Source of the DNA: Paramoeba atlantica
Taxonomy: Eukaryota; Protista; Discosea
Assembly (NCBI GenBank): GCA_977017575.1
Contig: CDRNVI010000012.1
Span: forward strand, 62,001-126,000
Length of the DNA: 64,000 nt
Direction of reading: 5' to 3'
Position 1 is the first letter of the stretch; each line of letters begins with the position of its first letter. Below the pieces are notes generated by a model. It saw only the letters and a list, made by a program, of their open reading frames with translations. It did not search any database and was not told the DNA's origin. The position numbers and the translations under genes were made by a program. Shown here one piece after another: positions 1-10,981 of this stretch.

Positions 1-37
1 CGCGCTTTGGGAATACTCAAATTTCTTTTCAACTCCA

Positions 38-1273
38 TTGGGGTTGAAATCTCTTTCTACAGCTGCAGGATGGCAAATTACCTGGGATCTTACACGTTAC
101 TTGACACTTACCCCTGCTCTGTTGCGTCGTGGTAGATTGAAGCATATTTCCCTTGAAACAGATATGAGATCCAGAGGATTCTCACACGTATTCTATGAGA
201 AATTTTTACTGGGCGCTCTTTCTGTTGTTTTGTCATGCTCATTTGATGTTGTAAGAGCTTACCCAGCAGAAAATATTGCACACTACATGCTCAGTGGAAG
301 TACTGCGGTCTTCACCTCCTGGAAACGAGCTAAGCATGGGATGCGCTACGTAAGAGAAAGACTGATGGAACGAGTTCCTGATTCTCAAGTTCATTTAGGA
401 CAAGAAATTATGGAAATCTTCGTAAATGAAGACGGCAAACCCAATTCATCCGATAATATTTGCAGGAGACTGGGCATTCGACTGGGCAGTGGATCCACGA
501 AGTCATTCGATGCTGTAGTTTTGGCAACCGATGGGACTACGGCACATAAACTCCTGTGTCGCTCTTTTCCAACCGTTTATGACCCTTTCTTAGCTTTCCG
601 AACGTTTTCTTCCAATGGTTGTATCCATTCTGCGGACAGTACCGTAGAGCACGCAACAAATTTTGACACCAACGTGCGGATTCGTCTGCCGAAATCTCGA
701 ACAGCTCGCTCCACCAGTGAGTGTACCATTCGATGCGATAAAATCCTCCACCCCCCTCCCGGCACATTATCGTGCTATCAAACCTGGAACCCACTTCCTT
801 TTGACGAAAGCAGCAACGCGTTAAATTCTCCCCCTTCCCCAGGTGATTTATTTAACACTGTAGAGAGCGAAACCAGCCGTGAACAACAGAAGACATTAGA
901 ATCCAAATTTTGCGGTTCTGCGCTCCCCTCCCATACGGTTTTAGCCGACATCCGTTTCACGCGTGCGCTGGTGTCGTTGCACTCCGAGAGTGTGCTGCGG
1001 GACGTGTTGCCTCGGGTCCAGGGAAGGCACGGGTTGTGGTTCTGCGGGAGCTACGCGGTTCCCGGGGGCGCCACGCTGCTGGAGCAAGCCGTCACCAGCG
1101 CCCTGGATGTGCTCGAGGGGCTGCATGTGCCAATTCCTTTTGAAAAGGAAGGGAAACCGCCGCCGTGTTCGTGGTTTGTGAGGGTTCTTTCCGAGTGTTT
1201 GTATTTTCGTAAGAGTCTTGCTGCTGTGGCAGTGATGGGCGGTAGTTTGTATTTTCTTGGAAAGGTCGAATAG
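38..1273 (+). CDS. FAD-dependent oxidoreductase (amine oxidase / COG2907-like), probably 5'-truncated by the window edge
   Basis: FDAVVLATD and C-terminal QGRHGLWFCGSY...LLEQAVTSALDV motifs; the ORF track start is a TTG and the N-terminal GxGxxG is absent, so the start is likely upstream. Confidence 0.55.
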   Translation: MGLKSLSTAAGWQITWDLTRYLTLTPALLRRGRLKHISLETDMRSRGFSHVFYEKFLLGALSVVLSCSFDVVRAYPAENIAHYMLSGSTAVFTSWKRAKHGMRYVRERLMERVPDSQVHLGQEIMEIFVNEDGKPNSSDNICRRLGIRLGSGSTKSFDAVVLATDGTTAHKLLCRSFPTVYDPFLAFRTFSSNGCIHSADSTVEHATNFDTNVRIRLPKSRTARSTSECTIRCDKILHPPPGTLSCYQTWNPLPFDESSNALNSPPSPGDLFNTVESETSREQQKTLESKFCGSALPSHTVLADIRFTRALVSLHSESVLRDVLPRVQGRHGLWFCGSYAVPGGATLLEQAVTSALDVLEGLHVPIPFEKEGKPPPCSWFVRVLSECLYFRKSLAAVAVMGGSLYFLGKVE

Positions 1274-1296
1274 GGGCTTTGCGCTTTCGTTTGGGG

Positions 1297-1395
1297 CAAA
1301 TATGGGGAAAGTTTTCCTGGTCAAGCGTAGCTTTACAATTCTTCCTCCAAATATGGGGAAAGTTTTCCTGGTCAAGCGTAGCTTTATAATTCTTC
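1297..1395. repeat. Tandem duplication of a 48-bp unit, period 51
   Basis: CAAATATGGGGAAAGTTTTCCTGGTCAAGCGTAGCTTTAYAATTCTTC occurs twice with 1 mismatch. Confidence 0.9.
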
Positions 1396-1703
1396 ACGAA
1401 ATATTATTCTTCCGTTATTTCTCTCTTGAAGTTTCTTACTCGAACGGAAAAAAGATAAAAGGCGGGCCGTTGTGGGGGGATGTACGAAAATGTCAAAGCG
1501 TTACATTGTATATGACATTATTAAAGTGTTAGTGTGCATGATTTTGAAGGAAGTGAAATGAATTGAAGTGTGAATTTCCAAGCTCGCACAAGTGATAGAA
1601 ATTGTAAGGTCAAGGGAACTTTTTTTATAGTTGAATTTAAATTCCTTTTCAGGTTAATGTATTTTTTCTTTCCCTGGCGTAAACCCTGTGCTTGTTGAAC
1701 GAA

Positions 1704-3074
1704 ATGATAGAACGAAATGAACTGGTGGAAGGAACGTCAGAAGAACTCCAAGATGCGCATCAATCGAGTGCGGAAATATTGGAGTTCAAGCAAAAGCTAC
1801 GTAAGCATAAGATTACTCTTCATTTCGGATATTGTGGCGATGCTTATCATGGTTCCGCGGCCATGTGTAATAAACTCTTCCCCACCGTTGAGGATACGTT
1901 ATTTCAGTCCCTGTGTAAAGCTCGTCTGTTTTCCCTAGAGAATCAAAACGGAGACTGGCAAAACAAGAACTCATGGAAGCGTGCGTCACGAACCGACAAA
2001 GGGGTACATGCCCTTCAAAATGTCATAAGCTTAAAGGTACAACTACCCACCGAGAGTAATATCGAAAGCATTCCTACTTTTCTGGCACCTCACCTCCCAC
2101 CCGACATTCGTGTATTTACATCTATTCCTGTAACAAATTCTTTCAACAGTTACGAGGATTGTACTTCTCGTACCTATTGTTACATTCTACCTACGTACGC
2201 TCTGTTGGGTAAGCATCGTAAAAAGGATTTCTCCAAAAGAATAATAGCTCTTTGTAGCACAGGAGATCATGAAGCTATAGATTCTCCTTCCGAAAATATT
2301 GAAACCGAAGTTTGTATTAAGAAAAACATTGTTGATAAGCCGAAGGGTGAAGGACAAACAGAAGTACAGAAAAGTAGCACATCTTCTTGCTCGAGAAATG
2401 CAGAAGCACACATGTATATTAAACGCATATTGCGGCTGCAGCCAAAGCATTTTGACCACATAGAAGAGTTATTCAACAAGCCAATAGAAGAGCTAATAGA
2501 CCAGGAGAGAGAGTCTAGTGAGTTTAGGGCATTGCTTAGCAAGGCTCAACGTCTTCTAGGTGTATTTTTGGGAACTAACTCTTTTCACAATTTTACTCCG
2601 AAAAAAACAAGCGATGATCCAAGTTGTATGCGATATATTTCTGAGAGTACAATTTCTCGAGTCTCACTTGGTGAGGGCAAATCGCATGAATGTCTCCTCG
2701 TTCGAATTTCCGGCCAAAGTTTTATGTTAAATCAGATTCGAAAGATGGTATCTGCTGTGCTTTGCATAATAAACGAAGATCTGAACGAGGAATACCTGTC
2801 AACACTCTTGCGGAAAGACTTTGCGCATGACATTCCGATGCTTCCCGCAAACGGCTTATTCCTAAGATCCTTAAGTTTCGACAGATACAACTCAAAATTG
2901 GAGAGAATAAAACTTGAAGGAAACAATTGCGATAAAATGGTGATTCACTTTGATGGAGAAACCGACGAAAGCAAACTTTTTGAGGATGAGATCGTTAAAC
3001 GAATTCTTCAAAAAGAAACAAGTGAACGGGTTTTGGCACGTTGGCTATCATACACTTCACTACGATATAACTAG
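1704..3074 (+). CDS. PUS1: tRNA pseudouridine synthase (TruA/Pus1 family)
   Basis: ASRTDKGVHA catalytic motif, GTNSFHNFT, ISGQSFMLNQIRKMV, PANGLFL. Confidence 0.9.
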   Translation: MIERNELVEGTSEELQDAHQSSAEILEFKQKLRKHKITLHFGYCGDAYHGSAAMCNKLFPTVEDTLFQSLCKARLFSLENQNGDWQNKNSWKRASRTDKGVHALQNVISLKVQLPTESNIESIPTFLAPHLPPDIRVFTSIPVTNSFNSYEDCTSRTYCYILPTYALLGKHRKKDFSKRIIALCSTGDHEAIDSPSENIETEVCIKKNIVDKPKGEGQTEVQKSSTSSCSRNAEAHMYIKRILRLQPKHFDHIEELFNKPIEELIDQERESSEFRALLSKAQRLLGVFLGTNSFHNFTPKKTSDDPSCMRYISESTISRVSLGEGKSHECLLVRISGQSFMLNQIRKMVSAVLCIINEDLNEEYLSTLLRKDFAHDIPMLPANGLFLRSLSFDRYNSKLERIKLEGNNCDKMVIHFDGETDESKLFEDEIVKRILQKETSERVLARWLSYTSLRYN

Positions 3075-3250
3075 AGATTTCCGCTCATGAAGTAAGATGC
3101 AGATATTATTCTACGATAACTCTCCAAGTGGATGCAAGCGGACATTTGTATCCAGGGTAAGCTGGAGCAGTTAGTCTGTACGTTAACTTGTTCTACCTCG
3201 AAAATATCGTCTTCAATAAATATTTTATTTCTGTTTTAAAAACAGTATTA

Positions 3251-4705
3251 ATGATTCCTCTACGTAATGTAAGGAACTTGCCCCTTGCATCACCTGCAGC
3301 AATTCTTGATCTAGAAGTTCAACGTATAGAGGAAACCATACGACGTAAAGTTTCCTCCGTTTTTCGGGAATCAGTATCCGAAATATTCAATGCGCTCAAC
3401 CGTTACGAAGTTTCCCGAAAAACATCACAGCTCATTATAGATGCTGATTGCGACCTTGATGAAATCTGGGCGCAGCTTAAAGAGTCAGAAAATGTTTGTA
3501 CTCAAAATAGCAAAACAGAGCGACATATTGACCCTGACGAAAACCTTAAAGAGCAACATGAACAAAGCGCGTATCCGGAAGTGAAAAATATTGAATTAAG
3601 CAAGGATAAAAACAAACAAATCAACAAGGAATCAATAGAAATGGAAAAATTGCTGCAAAAATTCTCCAAAACTAAAAATAAAGGTAGCGATAAAGACGAA
3701 CAAAGAGACTCCGTTATCTTACGCGACAACCAAAAGTCAAAATATGCGAGCGAAAATGATTTTCACTCAGATGACTCAGAGGAATCCAGCGGGACATCTA
3801 AGAGCTTAAGTGGAGGATCCGCACACGACTCCGATGACCTGGAAGAAGCTCGACACGCATTCTACGGAACAGATGACGATGCGGATGGCGAAGTGGGAGA
3901 TATGGATGTCTTGGGTGATATTGCTGATGTGGCCAAGGACGTGGATAAGGTTTTAACGAAATACCAAGAAATACAACGTTCATTAGAAAACGACGTAAAA
4001 GAAGGTGAAAAAACGTTACTGGAAAAGAGACCTTGGCGTTTACAAGGAGAGGTAACTGTTGCACAACGACCGAAAGATGCGCTTCTTCACGAACATCTGG
4101 AAATCGAGTATGCATTGAAGGAGGCTCCTCGGATTACGACAGAAATGGTGTTTAACTTAGAAGAGCGCATAAAAAATAGAGTTAAGAATCAAAATTTTGA
4201 CGATGTGCAACGTCGTGAGATATTTAGTAAAGCCTCTGATCTACAGCCTACTAATTCAAGAGAGGAAGCCATTGGGGAGCGAAGTAAATTTAGTCTTGTT
4301 GATCTTTATGAAAAAGAGTATATGGAAAAGCTACAGGCAACTATGCAACAAAATTCTACCGAAACGGCGCATGAACTTTCTCAGCAAGAAAAAGATGAAC
4401 TCAAAGCGATCGAACTATGGAAAGATGTTTCTGGACATCTGGATGCTCTCTCAAATTTCTATTTCACTCCGAAACCTGTCTTGGATGAGGCTCACGATGC
4501 ACGAATTCGGGCGGTGAAGGGAACAGGGGCAGTAAACATCGAAGGGCGATCTACTCTTCCGAGTGAAGCTCTCCCTCAGGATCTCTACCAGCCGAAACCA
4601 TCTCGTCACCTCGGAATATCTCTGAATGAAATGAGTTCATCGGAGAAAAAGCAACTGAGGAAGTCAAACAAGAGTGGGGCTAAAAGCAGGAATCTAGTAA
4701 AATAG
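3251..4705 (+). CDS. MPP10: U3 snoRNP protein Mpp10
   Basis: KRPWRLQGEVTVAQRPKDALL, RIKNQNFDDV, SKFSLVDLYEKEY, LDALSNFYFTPKP; acidic N-terminal region. Confidence 0.85.
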   Translation: MIPLRNVRNLPLASPAAILDLEVQRIEETIRRKVSSVFRESVSEIFNALNRYEVSRKTSQLIIDADCDLDEIWAQLKESENVCTQNSKTERHIDPDENLKEQHEQSAYPEVKNIELSKDKNKQINKESIEMEKLLQKFSKTKNKGSDKDEQRDSVILRDNQKSKYASENDFHSDDSEESSGTSKSLSGGSAHDSDDLEEARHAFYGTDDDADGEVGDMDVLGDIADVAKDVDKVLTKYQEIQRSLENDVKEGEKTLLEKRPWRLQGEVTVAQRPKDALLHEHLEIEYALKEAPRITTEMVFNLEERIKNRVKNQNFDDVQRREIFSKASDLQPTNSREEAIGERSKFSLVDLYEKEYMEKLQATMQQNSTETAHELSQQEKDELKAIELWKDVSGHLDALSNFYFTPKPVLDEAHDARIRAVKGTGAVNIEGRSTLPSEALPQDLYQPKPSRHLGISLNEMSSSEKKQLRKSNKSGAKSRNLVK

Positions 4706-5068
4706 GGAACTCCGAGTTGAGCCCGTTCAAAATCATGTTTGCAAAGTTCTCTACGCTTTTGTAAAGTGAGATTAGCTTTGTAGCGTCATTTGAAACGACC
4801 TAATTATTTCACTACGAGCAAAAAGTGCTGTTGCTCCGTGCGGCAATGATATTTCATATTATTTCACAAAGTTTTGATTTTTCACTTCGTATATCGTGCT
4901 CTCCTTTTTATTTTTCAGCAATTTTACTTAAAAACTACATGGTGGATCAATTATCTCTCTATTCCGTGGGACGGGAAATCTACAAAAATTCATTGTCTGT
5001 AATTATTAACTTTTACGGTTACTTTGCGCTTTTCTCATTATTAAGGATCTCAGTGTCGTGAAGTCACT

Positions 5069-6760
5069 ATGACGGAAAATTATTGTGAAGCATGTAAAGG
5101 AGATGACTACGACGAAAATGCCCCGTGGACACCCCGGCGCAAGATTAGTCTTGATTGTGAATGGGGTGAAGAGTACGATGTTTCTGTTTTTTCTGATGAA
5201 GCACGCGACCCGCGACTTGGCAAGTCTCATAGATCGATGAAGATGGGTAAAAATGGATCCTCTTTTCCTGGGATCTCCGAAGCTCAAGAAAGAGCGCAAC
5301 TAAAAGGAACGGAGAAGCCGATATCTTCCTCATCTGAAAGGCTTTTGACGGACAATGCACTGTGTATTACCGAGGAAAACTTTTTAATCATCGTAATGGT
5401 TGGACTTCCTGCTCAGGGAAAATCTTTTACCTGCCGCCGCATTGCCCGGTGGCTGTGTTGGAAGGGTATACCAGCAAAGATTTTTAGCACGTCACAGATC
5501 AGACGCGACTTGTTTGGTGAACTCTACGATGAGTTCAGAATCGGGGACGCAAAGCAGAAGCGAGACCGAGATCGCGTAGCCCTCATAGCAGCAGAATGCG
5601 CCTTAAAATGGATAGAAGGTATGCCATCGGGGGTTGCAATCATTGATTCAGCGAACGTGACGAGCGAAAGACGTGAAGCTATAATGAATGTGTTTCATGA
5701 CTACCCGAAGGAGTGCATTGTTTTTATTGAATGTGTGACTGAAAGCTTATTTGAGCAACGTCAGAATCTTCTACGCAACGTTGACTTGGAAACTTATTCT
5801 ACTAATGAGCTGGATGATATTGCTAATGAACTGGAGCGGCGAACAAAGGAGTACAAAAAGATATATCAACCCTTGGATCCAAGATCTGATTCGGAGCTCA
5901 GCTTTATGAGGCTTATTGAACCGCCCAGGCACATCCAGCTTCAGCATATTTCAAGAAATCTTCCAATCAAACTCGTATCTTTTCTGACCAGTCTTTTCCC
6001 TAGGGAAGGAAACTTATATCTTTCAAGCTGCGGACAATCGAAAAATATACTAGAGAATCGACTTGGAGGAGATAGTCAGTTAACTCCTCTGGGTCTATGT
6101 TTCTCTTTATCTCTTCGTTGGCTTTTCGATCGCATTGCAGTGCCTTCCTTAAATATTTTAACCTCCTCTCGAACTGCTGCTGTAGAAACTGCTATATGGA
6201 TGCAAGCTCCCGATAAGAAAGTTCCTCTCGCTGTTCCAAATTTTCACGAAATCTTGCCTGATTCGCACTTAAAAAGTTTGTCTCAAAATATTGAAGTGCG
6301 CAATGACAACAAGGCTCGTGTTGATTCTTATTGCGTACGGCATATGTCTGCTCTGGATGACATCAATCACGGTGACTGGGAAAACCTTACACTGCACGAA
6401 GTGGATACAACAATACCTTCGCCACTACTTGCCAGAAAAAATCCTTTGGAAAAATATGACATCGCATGGATAGGAGGTGAGTCATATCACGATTTAGTTG
6501 CTCGTTTGGAAAAGGCCATTCTACACATACATCGAAGTGAATCGCCCGTGCTGGTGATTGCGCATCCCGCAGTAATTCAAGTTCTGTATGCCTTTCGAGC
6601 AGGACTTCCCCCTGAACGTTCTCCTGAGATTGAAATAGACACGCACGTAGTTTATCAGTTCGGATATCACCCGCGTCATGGAATGCGTGTGAGAACGTTG
6701 GATATGAGACCTGTTGTATCTAGTATGTTGAATATACAAGTAGATTGGAGCATGAAATGA
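5069..6760 (+). CDS. 6-phosphofructo-2-kinase / fructose-2,6-bisphosphatase family protein
   Basis: MVGLPAQGKS P-loop, IIDSANVTSERR, then histidine-phosphatase-like domain (GGESYHDLVARLE, VLVIAHPAV). Confidence 0.85.
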   Translation: MTENYCEACKGDDYDENAPWTPRRKISLDCEWGEEYDVSVFSDEARDPRLGKSHRSMKMGKNGSSFPGISEAQERAQLKGTEKPISSSSERLLTDNALCITEENFLIIVMVGLPAQGKSFTCRRIARWLCWKGIPAKIFSTSQIRRDLFGELYDEFRIGDAKQKRDRDRVALIAAECALKWIEGMPSGVAIIDSANVTSERREAIMNVFHDYPKECIVFIECVTESLFEQRQNLLRNVDLETYSTNELDDIANELERRTKEYKKIYQPLDPRSDSELSFMRLIEPPRHIQLQHISRNLPIKLVSFLTSLFPREGNLYLSSCGQSKNILENRLGGDSQLTPLGLCFSLSLRWLFDRIAVPSLNILTSSRTAAVETAIWMQAPDKKVPLAVPNFHEILPDSHLKSLSQNIEVRNDNKARVDSYCVRHMSALDDINHGDWENLTLHEVDTTIPSPLLARKNPLEKYDIAWIGGESYHDLVARLEKAILHIHRSESPVLVIAHPAVIQVLYAFRAGLPPERSPEIEIDTHVVYQFGYHPRHGMRVRTLDMRPVVSSMLNIQVDWSMK

Positions 6761-7256
6761 TGAAACCCATGGTATGCAACAAGTTGTTTGAAATACCAAC
6801 AGCTTGGTACTGTGCACCCTGTTTATAGTGTCGTAGAGCCTTTTTCTGTAGAAATATACAGAAATATACATTTTCTGTAGGCGTATTCATGCAACTACGG
6901 AGAGAAGACAAAATGTGTATAATCTTGCTTATTTTGGATAGCACTGAAGTAACACAGTAGTAAAGGAAGAATAACTCATCCAGTATCCATTTTTTATTCA
7001 CGAATCGTATTACATGGACTTGGCTAGTCCATCCTCGGGTTCTACATCCGTACCTCGAGATCTACAGAGATATCCTTCCCCAAGTTGGCTTCTCCAAGAT
7101 CTAATCCGGAAAGATTTAGTTCGTTACACATTGTACAGATGAAAAGTATTCAATTTTCCTTTCGAATTTCAAGAAAAATTACTTTCCGATTCGCCGAGTG
7201 AGCCTTTCGAAATTTGAAACCAAGTTATTTTTCCCATTGCACATGTTTATACCACG

Positions 7257-8384
7257 ATGAGTTTGGGAGACGTTCTTGATAACTTAGAAAAGAGATTTTG
7301 CGACGTGCTTGAAAAAGATTCTTCAGACGAACGCTTATGTGAAGAAATAATTGGTCTAATCAGCTGTGTGCAAAGACTTGATTCTGTAGCAAGATCAAAA
7401 GGAATATTGTCTGAAAATGAGGACATTGGAGACATCTCGACATCTTACTTGCCCCTACTTTCTTTTCCTTATTATCTTGCGGAGCTATTGCAGCTTTTGC
7501 GGTTCCCTCTCCCTGAAGGGGACGCAATTTCGAGACTAGAAAAAGTTGGATTCGAGTTACAAGTTGCTGGGCGAGAAGCCGCACTTTCGTATGCTATATC
7601 TTTTTACAAATCTTTCTTTCAGACATTATCAAGTCTTAGCATTCTCCCGCAAGGCATAAATTCTTTTATTCCAAGCATGCTTATTGCAGATTCCACGGAT
7701 GACATATCACAAACTATGTCCTATCACACTCATGATCGAACAAAAGCCATTCATATTCGTCAGAAAATCACGGCACTAAGGAGTGAAGTGAAGTTGCTAG
7801 AGTGTCGTCTAAGTAAAATCAGTACTGATATTCTTAGAGATGAGAAGAGAAGCGACGATTCTTTCAAGGACGATTCAGAAGAAACTAGACGGGAGCTGGG
7901 TATTGCAAAACTTCTCCTTCGGGCCTATATGACTCTTAGTACAATTTCTTATGTCTCGTACGAACTTCACATACTACATTCCTTAAGTGACGAGCAACGG
8001 ATAAAATCCGTCTCGGAACATCAAAGGCAAACAGCTGATGCGCGTTGTCCAAGAAGTGCGCTGGATCAGACTTCCTGCGACGAACATTCATCTCCCGTGA
8101 TACGTACATCTGCGATCTTAGATCGCCTCTCCATTAAAAAATCTGTCTTTCAAAACAGGAATCCTCCGACTAGGTCACTGGAAGATCTTGCCGAAACCGA
8201 GATTAGTTTAGCCTTAGAAAGAATGGTCAAAGAAAAGAGATCAGCTGAGAAAACTAAAAAATATATGAGGGATCTCTCCCCAGAGCAGCTTGAGGATATT
8301 GAGCTCATTCAGAAACGACAGTGGGAGAACTGGAAAGACGAAAATCCCCCCATCGGAAAATCGGTAAAAGGTAACTACAGCTGA
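7257..8384 (+). CDS. TAP42: TAP42/alpha4 (IGBP1)-like PP2A regulator
   Basis: SENEDIGDISTSYLPLLSFPYYLAEL, VFQNRNPPTRSLEDLAE, C-terminal WENWKDENP. Confidence 0.75.
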   Translation: MSLGDVLDNLEKRFCDVLEKDSSDERLCEEIIGLISCVQRLDSVARSKGILSENEDIGDISTSYLPLLSFPYYLAELLQLLRFPLPEGDAISRLEKVGFELQVAGREAALSYAISFYKSFFQTLSSLSILPQGINSFIPSMLIADSTDDISQTMSYHTHDRTKAIHIRQKITALRSEVKLLECRLSKISTDILRDEKRSDDSFKDDSEETRRELGIAKLLLRAYMTLSTISYVSYELHILHSLSDEQRIKSVSEHQRQTADARCPRSALDQTSCDEHSSPVIRTSAILDRLSIKKSVFQNRNPPTRSLEDLAETEISLALERMVKEKRSAEKTKKYMRDLSPEQLEDIELIQKRQWENWKDENPPIGKSVKGNYS

Positions 8385-8663
8385 TTTTTTCCTCTGATAC
8401 ACATTTTTTCACATTTTTTCACTGGTGATGGAACGCCTTTTCTTATGTGATGCCGTGGGTCATTCGTTCCTAGTCTTACTTTTCTCATGTGCTATGACTC
8501 ATTGCAAATGGCCGGTTGGGCTGCTCACCTGAAGGTTGGACGCCTTCATCGGATAGATTTTCCGATGAGTATTCGGGTGCGCCGCTTGAGTCGTAGGAAC
8601 TGCTTTCATCGCGTTTTTGTAGTTTGCTTCAGTGACCTTTTTCAAAATTTTGAGACATTAAAA

Positions 8664-8750
8664 GCCATGTAAATAATAAAAGTGTGTAAATAATAAGCGT
8701 CCATGTAAATATTAAGTATCCAGTAAATAATACAAGTATGTAAATATTTA
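8664..8750. repeat. Degenerate array of TGTAAATA motifs, about 20-bp period
   Basis: ATGTAAATAATA / GTGTAAATAATA / ATGTAAATATTA / CAGTAAATAATA / ATGTAAATATTT. Confidence 0.6.
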
Positions 8751-8904
8751 GTGGGAGGGGGGTTTATATGTGTAACACTTTAGTATCTATTGTAGTATTG
8801 AAAGCTCCCGTGCAGTATATTCAGATTTCAAAAGAACCGGATGATTTTCATCAACATGAAGTTCCTTATATATACAGTCCAGGTATATACAGTCCTTGTA
8901 TATA

Positions 8905-10981
8905 CAGTCCAGGTATTGGTTTCCCCCCCCCAGGCTCCTGAGCACACCGTAAGAGCTTTTGGCCTAATTCCTTCGGCATTCAACGGATCTCGAAAAAGTA
9001 GAGCGTTTCCCGCCGTTTGTTTGCCCATCACCCCCCCTGGGTTCTGGGTGGGTGTGATCAAAGATGGCAAATTTCAAAAATAAAAATATTTTTGAAGGGG
9101 GGTAAAAAATGACAAAAAAGGTGTATGAATTCCTATATTAATACCCACAATGGTCTCCTTGAACGCTCTGCACTATTCGCAAGCGTTTAGGTACTGAATT
9201 TATGCAATTTAAGACTTGGCGTCGATAAGGATGACGCTTAAGCATCATGAAGGCTTTCTTTATTGCCTTCCGGAGCTGTGTTTCAGTCTCTGGCTTCAGA
9301 ATTTCTTTCACAATTCGGTCCATTATTGACCAAACATTCTCGATCGGATTGAGGTCAGGAGAGTGCTGGCCACTCCAATCGAGTAATTCCTTTTTCGAAA
9401 AGGACACGCTTCGTATTGTTATGCGTGGCCGCATTGTCCATTTGCACAATCGCTTGTTCTCTATTTTCAACTAAATATTCAAGAATACCCCCCCTTTTTG
9501 AAAAACACTCAACGAGAATCGTTTCACCCTTCACGGAAACACGCGAAACAGTCCTGCGGTCACCTGAAGGCGGTTGCATTGGATAGCGAAACAGGTGGCA
9601 GTGCGGAGGGCGTTGGCAGGATCAGACAACGCTTCGAAACGTGCACGAAACGCTGGTGTGTTTATCATTCGTCGAGCGCCGAAACTCCTTTTCAGCTCCG
9701 TTTGGAATTCGACCAGTTTTCGTATGACGTTTTGAAAGCGAGCGAATTGCGACACGCGAAACAGTCCTGCAAGAGGGCAGAAAAGGTGACAAAGTGATGC
9801 GAAGTGATGCGTTGCTTACTGGCAACGTAGAATTTAAAAGTTTGAAGGGACATTAAGTTCCGAAAGATATGATAATGAAAAGTGTATCGATAAATTTAAG
9901 CTATATTAAGCCTCGCAGGCCTGGAAACGAATCCTCTAAAATTTTACATAAAATCACATTAGTAAGACATGCGCGATTCACGGAACTTGCATCCCTAATT
10001 TTTTTACCTTGCGATTGGGATGAAAACAAATGCAAAAAAGGGCCGTGTTTCACACTGATTCCCATCCATACCATGACACCTTTACCACCAAACCATCGGT
10101 TGTTTCTCCTCATTTTAATTTTGGTACATCCTTTCTTTCCGATAAAAAAGCGAGAGTAAGTCTTTGAACCACACGTAATTTTTTTTTCGTCCGTCCAAAT
10201 TATAGAATCTAATTTTTCTTTGGGAAAGGACAATAAAGACTCTGCTAGACTTAAGCGGGCCTCTTTGTGATGTTGCTTTAACTCGCAGCTAGGTGCTTTT
10301 GCTTGTAGTAGGTAATTTAATGAACGTAGAGTTTTCTTTATTGTGCTTAGAGAGCAATGAAACCCCTTTTTAATCATTTCGTTATGTACCCAAGGAAGGG
10401 ATGGGCAGCCATCGATTGTTTTGTTAGCATCGTCAACAACTTTGACGAGTGCCGCCCTGAATGGCTTCGTAGACACAGAGAAACCAGGGCTTGGGTGGGG
10501 TTTGGGTTCTAGTGGACTTTTAGACTTCCACGTAGACAGAATTTCACGGACAGTCTTTCTGTCCCTGCCAAAAATTTTAGCTAAAGTATGAATCGAATTT
10601 CCTTTTCTATATTGGCGGACAATTTCAAGGCGCTCTGGGAGTGCACATCGCGAAGTTTTATGGGTAATAGGGGGTGTCTTGTTTTTCGGCGAGGTGGAGT
10701 ACTTTTAGTAGATTTAACGGGGGTATCCCTCAAATTCATAGAATAAGAAACCATATTTGATAAAAAAAACTCCTAATTTTTTGAAATATTGGATTTTTTT
10801 GTTAAAATTATGCTATTTTTTCGTGTATTTTCAAAATATTTTTGACCCAGGGGGGGTGATGGGCAAAAAAACGACGAGAAACGCTCTACTTTTTCGAGAT
10901 CTGTTGAATGTCGAAGGAATTAGGTCAAAAGCTCTTACGGTGTGCTCAGGAGCCTGGGGGGGGAAACCAGTACCTGGACTG
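8905..10981 (-). mobile_element. Tc1/mariner-superfamily element, about 2.08 kb, about 140-bp TIRs, TA target duplication
   Basis: TA|CAGTCCAGGTATTGGTTTCCCCC... at 8905 is the inverse of ...GGGGAAACCAGTACCTGGACTG|TA ending 10981; near-identity runs about 8905-9045 vs 10843-10981. Confidence 0.9.
9138..10476 (-). pseudogene. Tc1-like DDE_3 transposase, disrupted
   Basis: HTH-like region, IIWTDEKK, GVMVWMGIS, QMDNAATH, W.../SPDLNPIENVW; frameshift near 9360 and extra sequence about 9490-9900. Confidence 0.85.
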
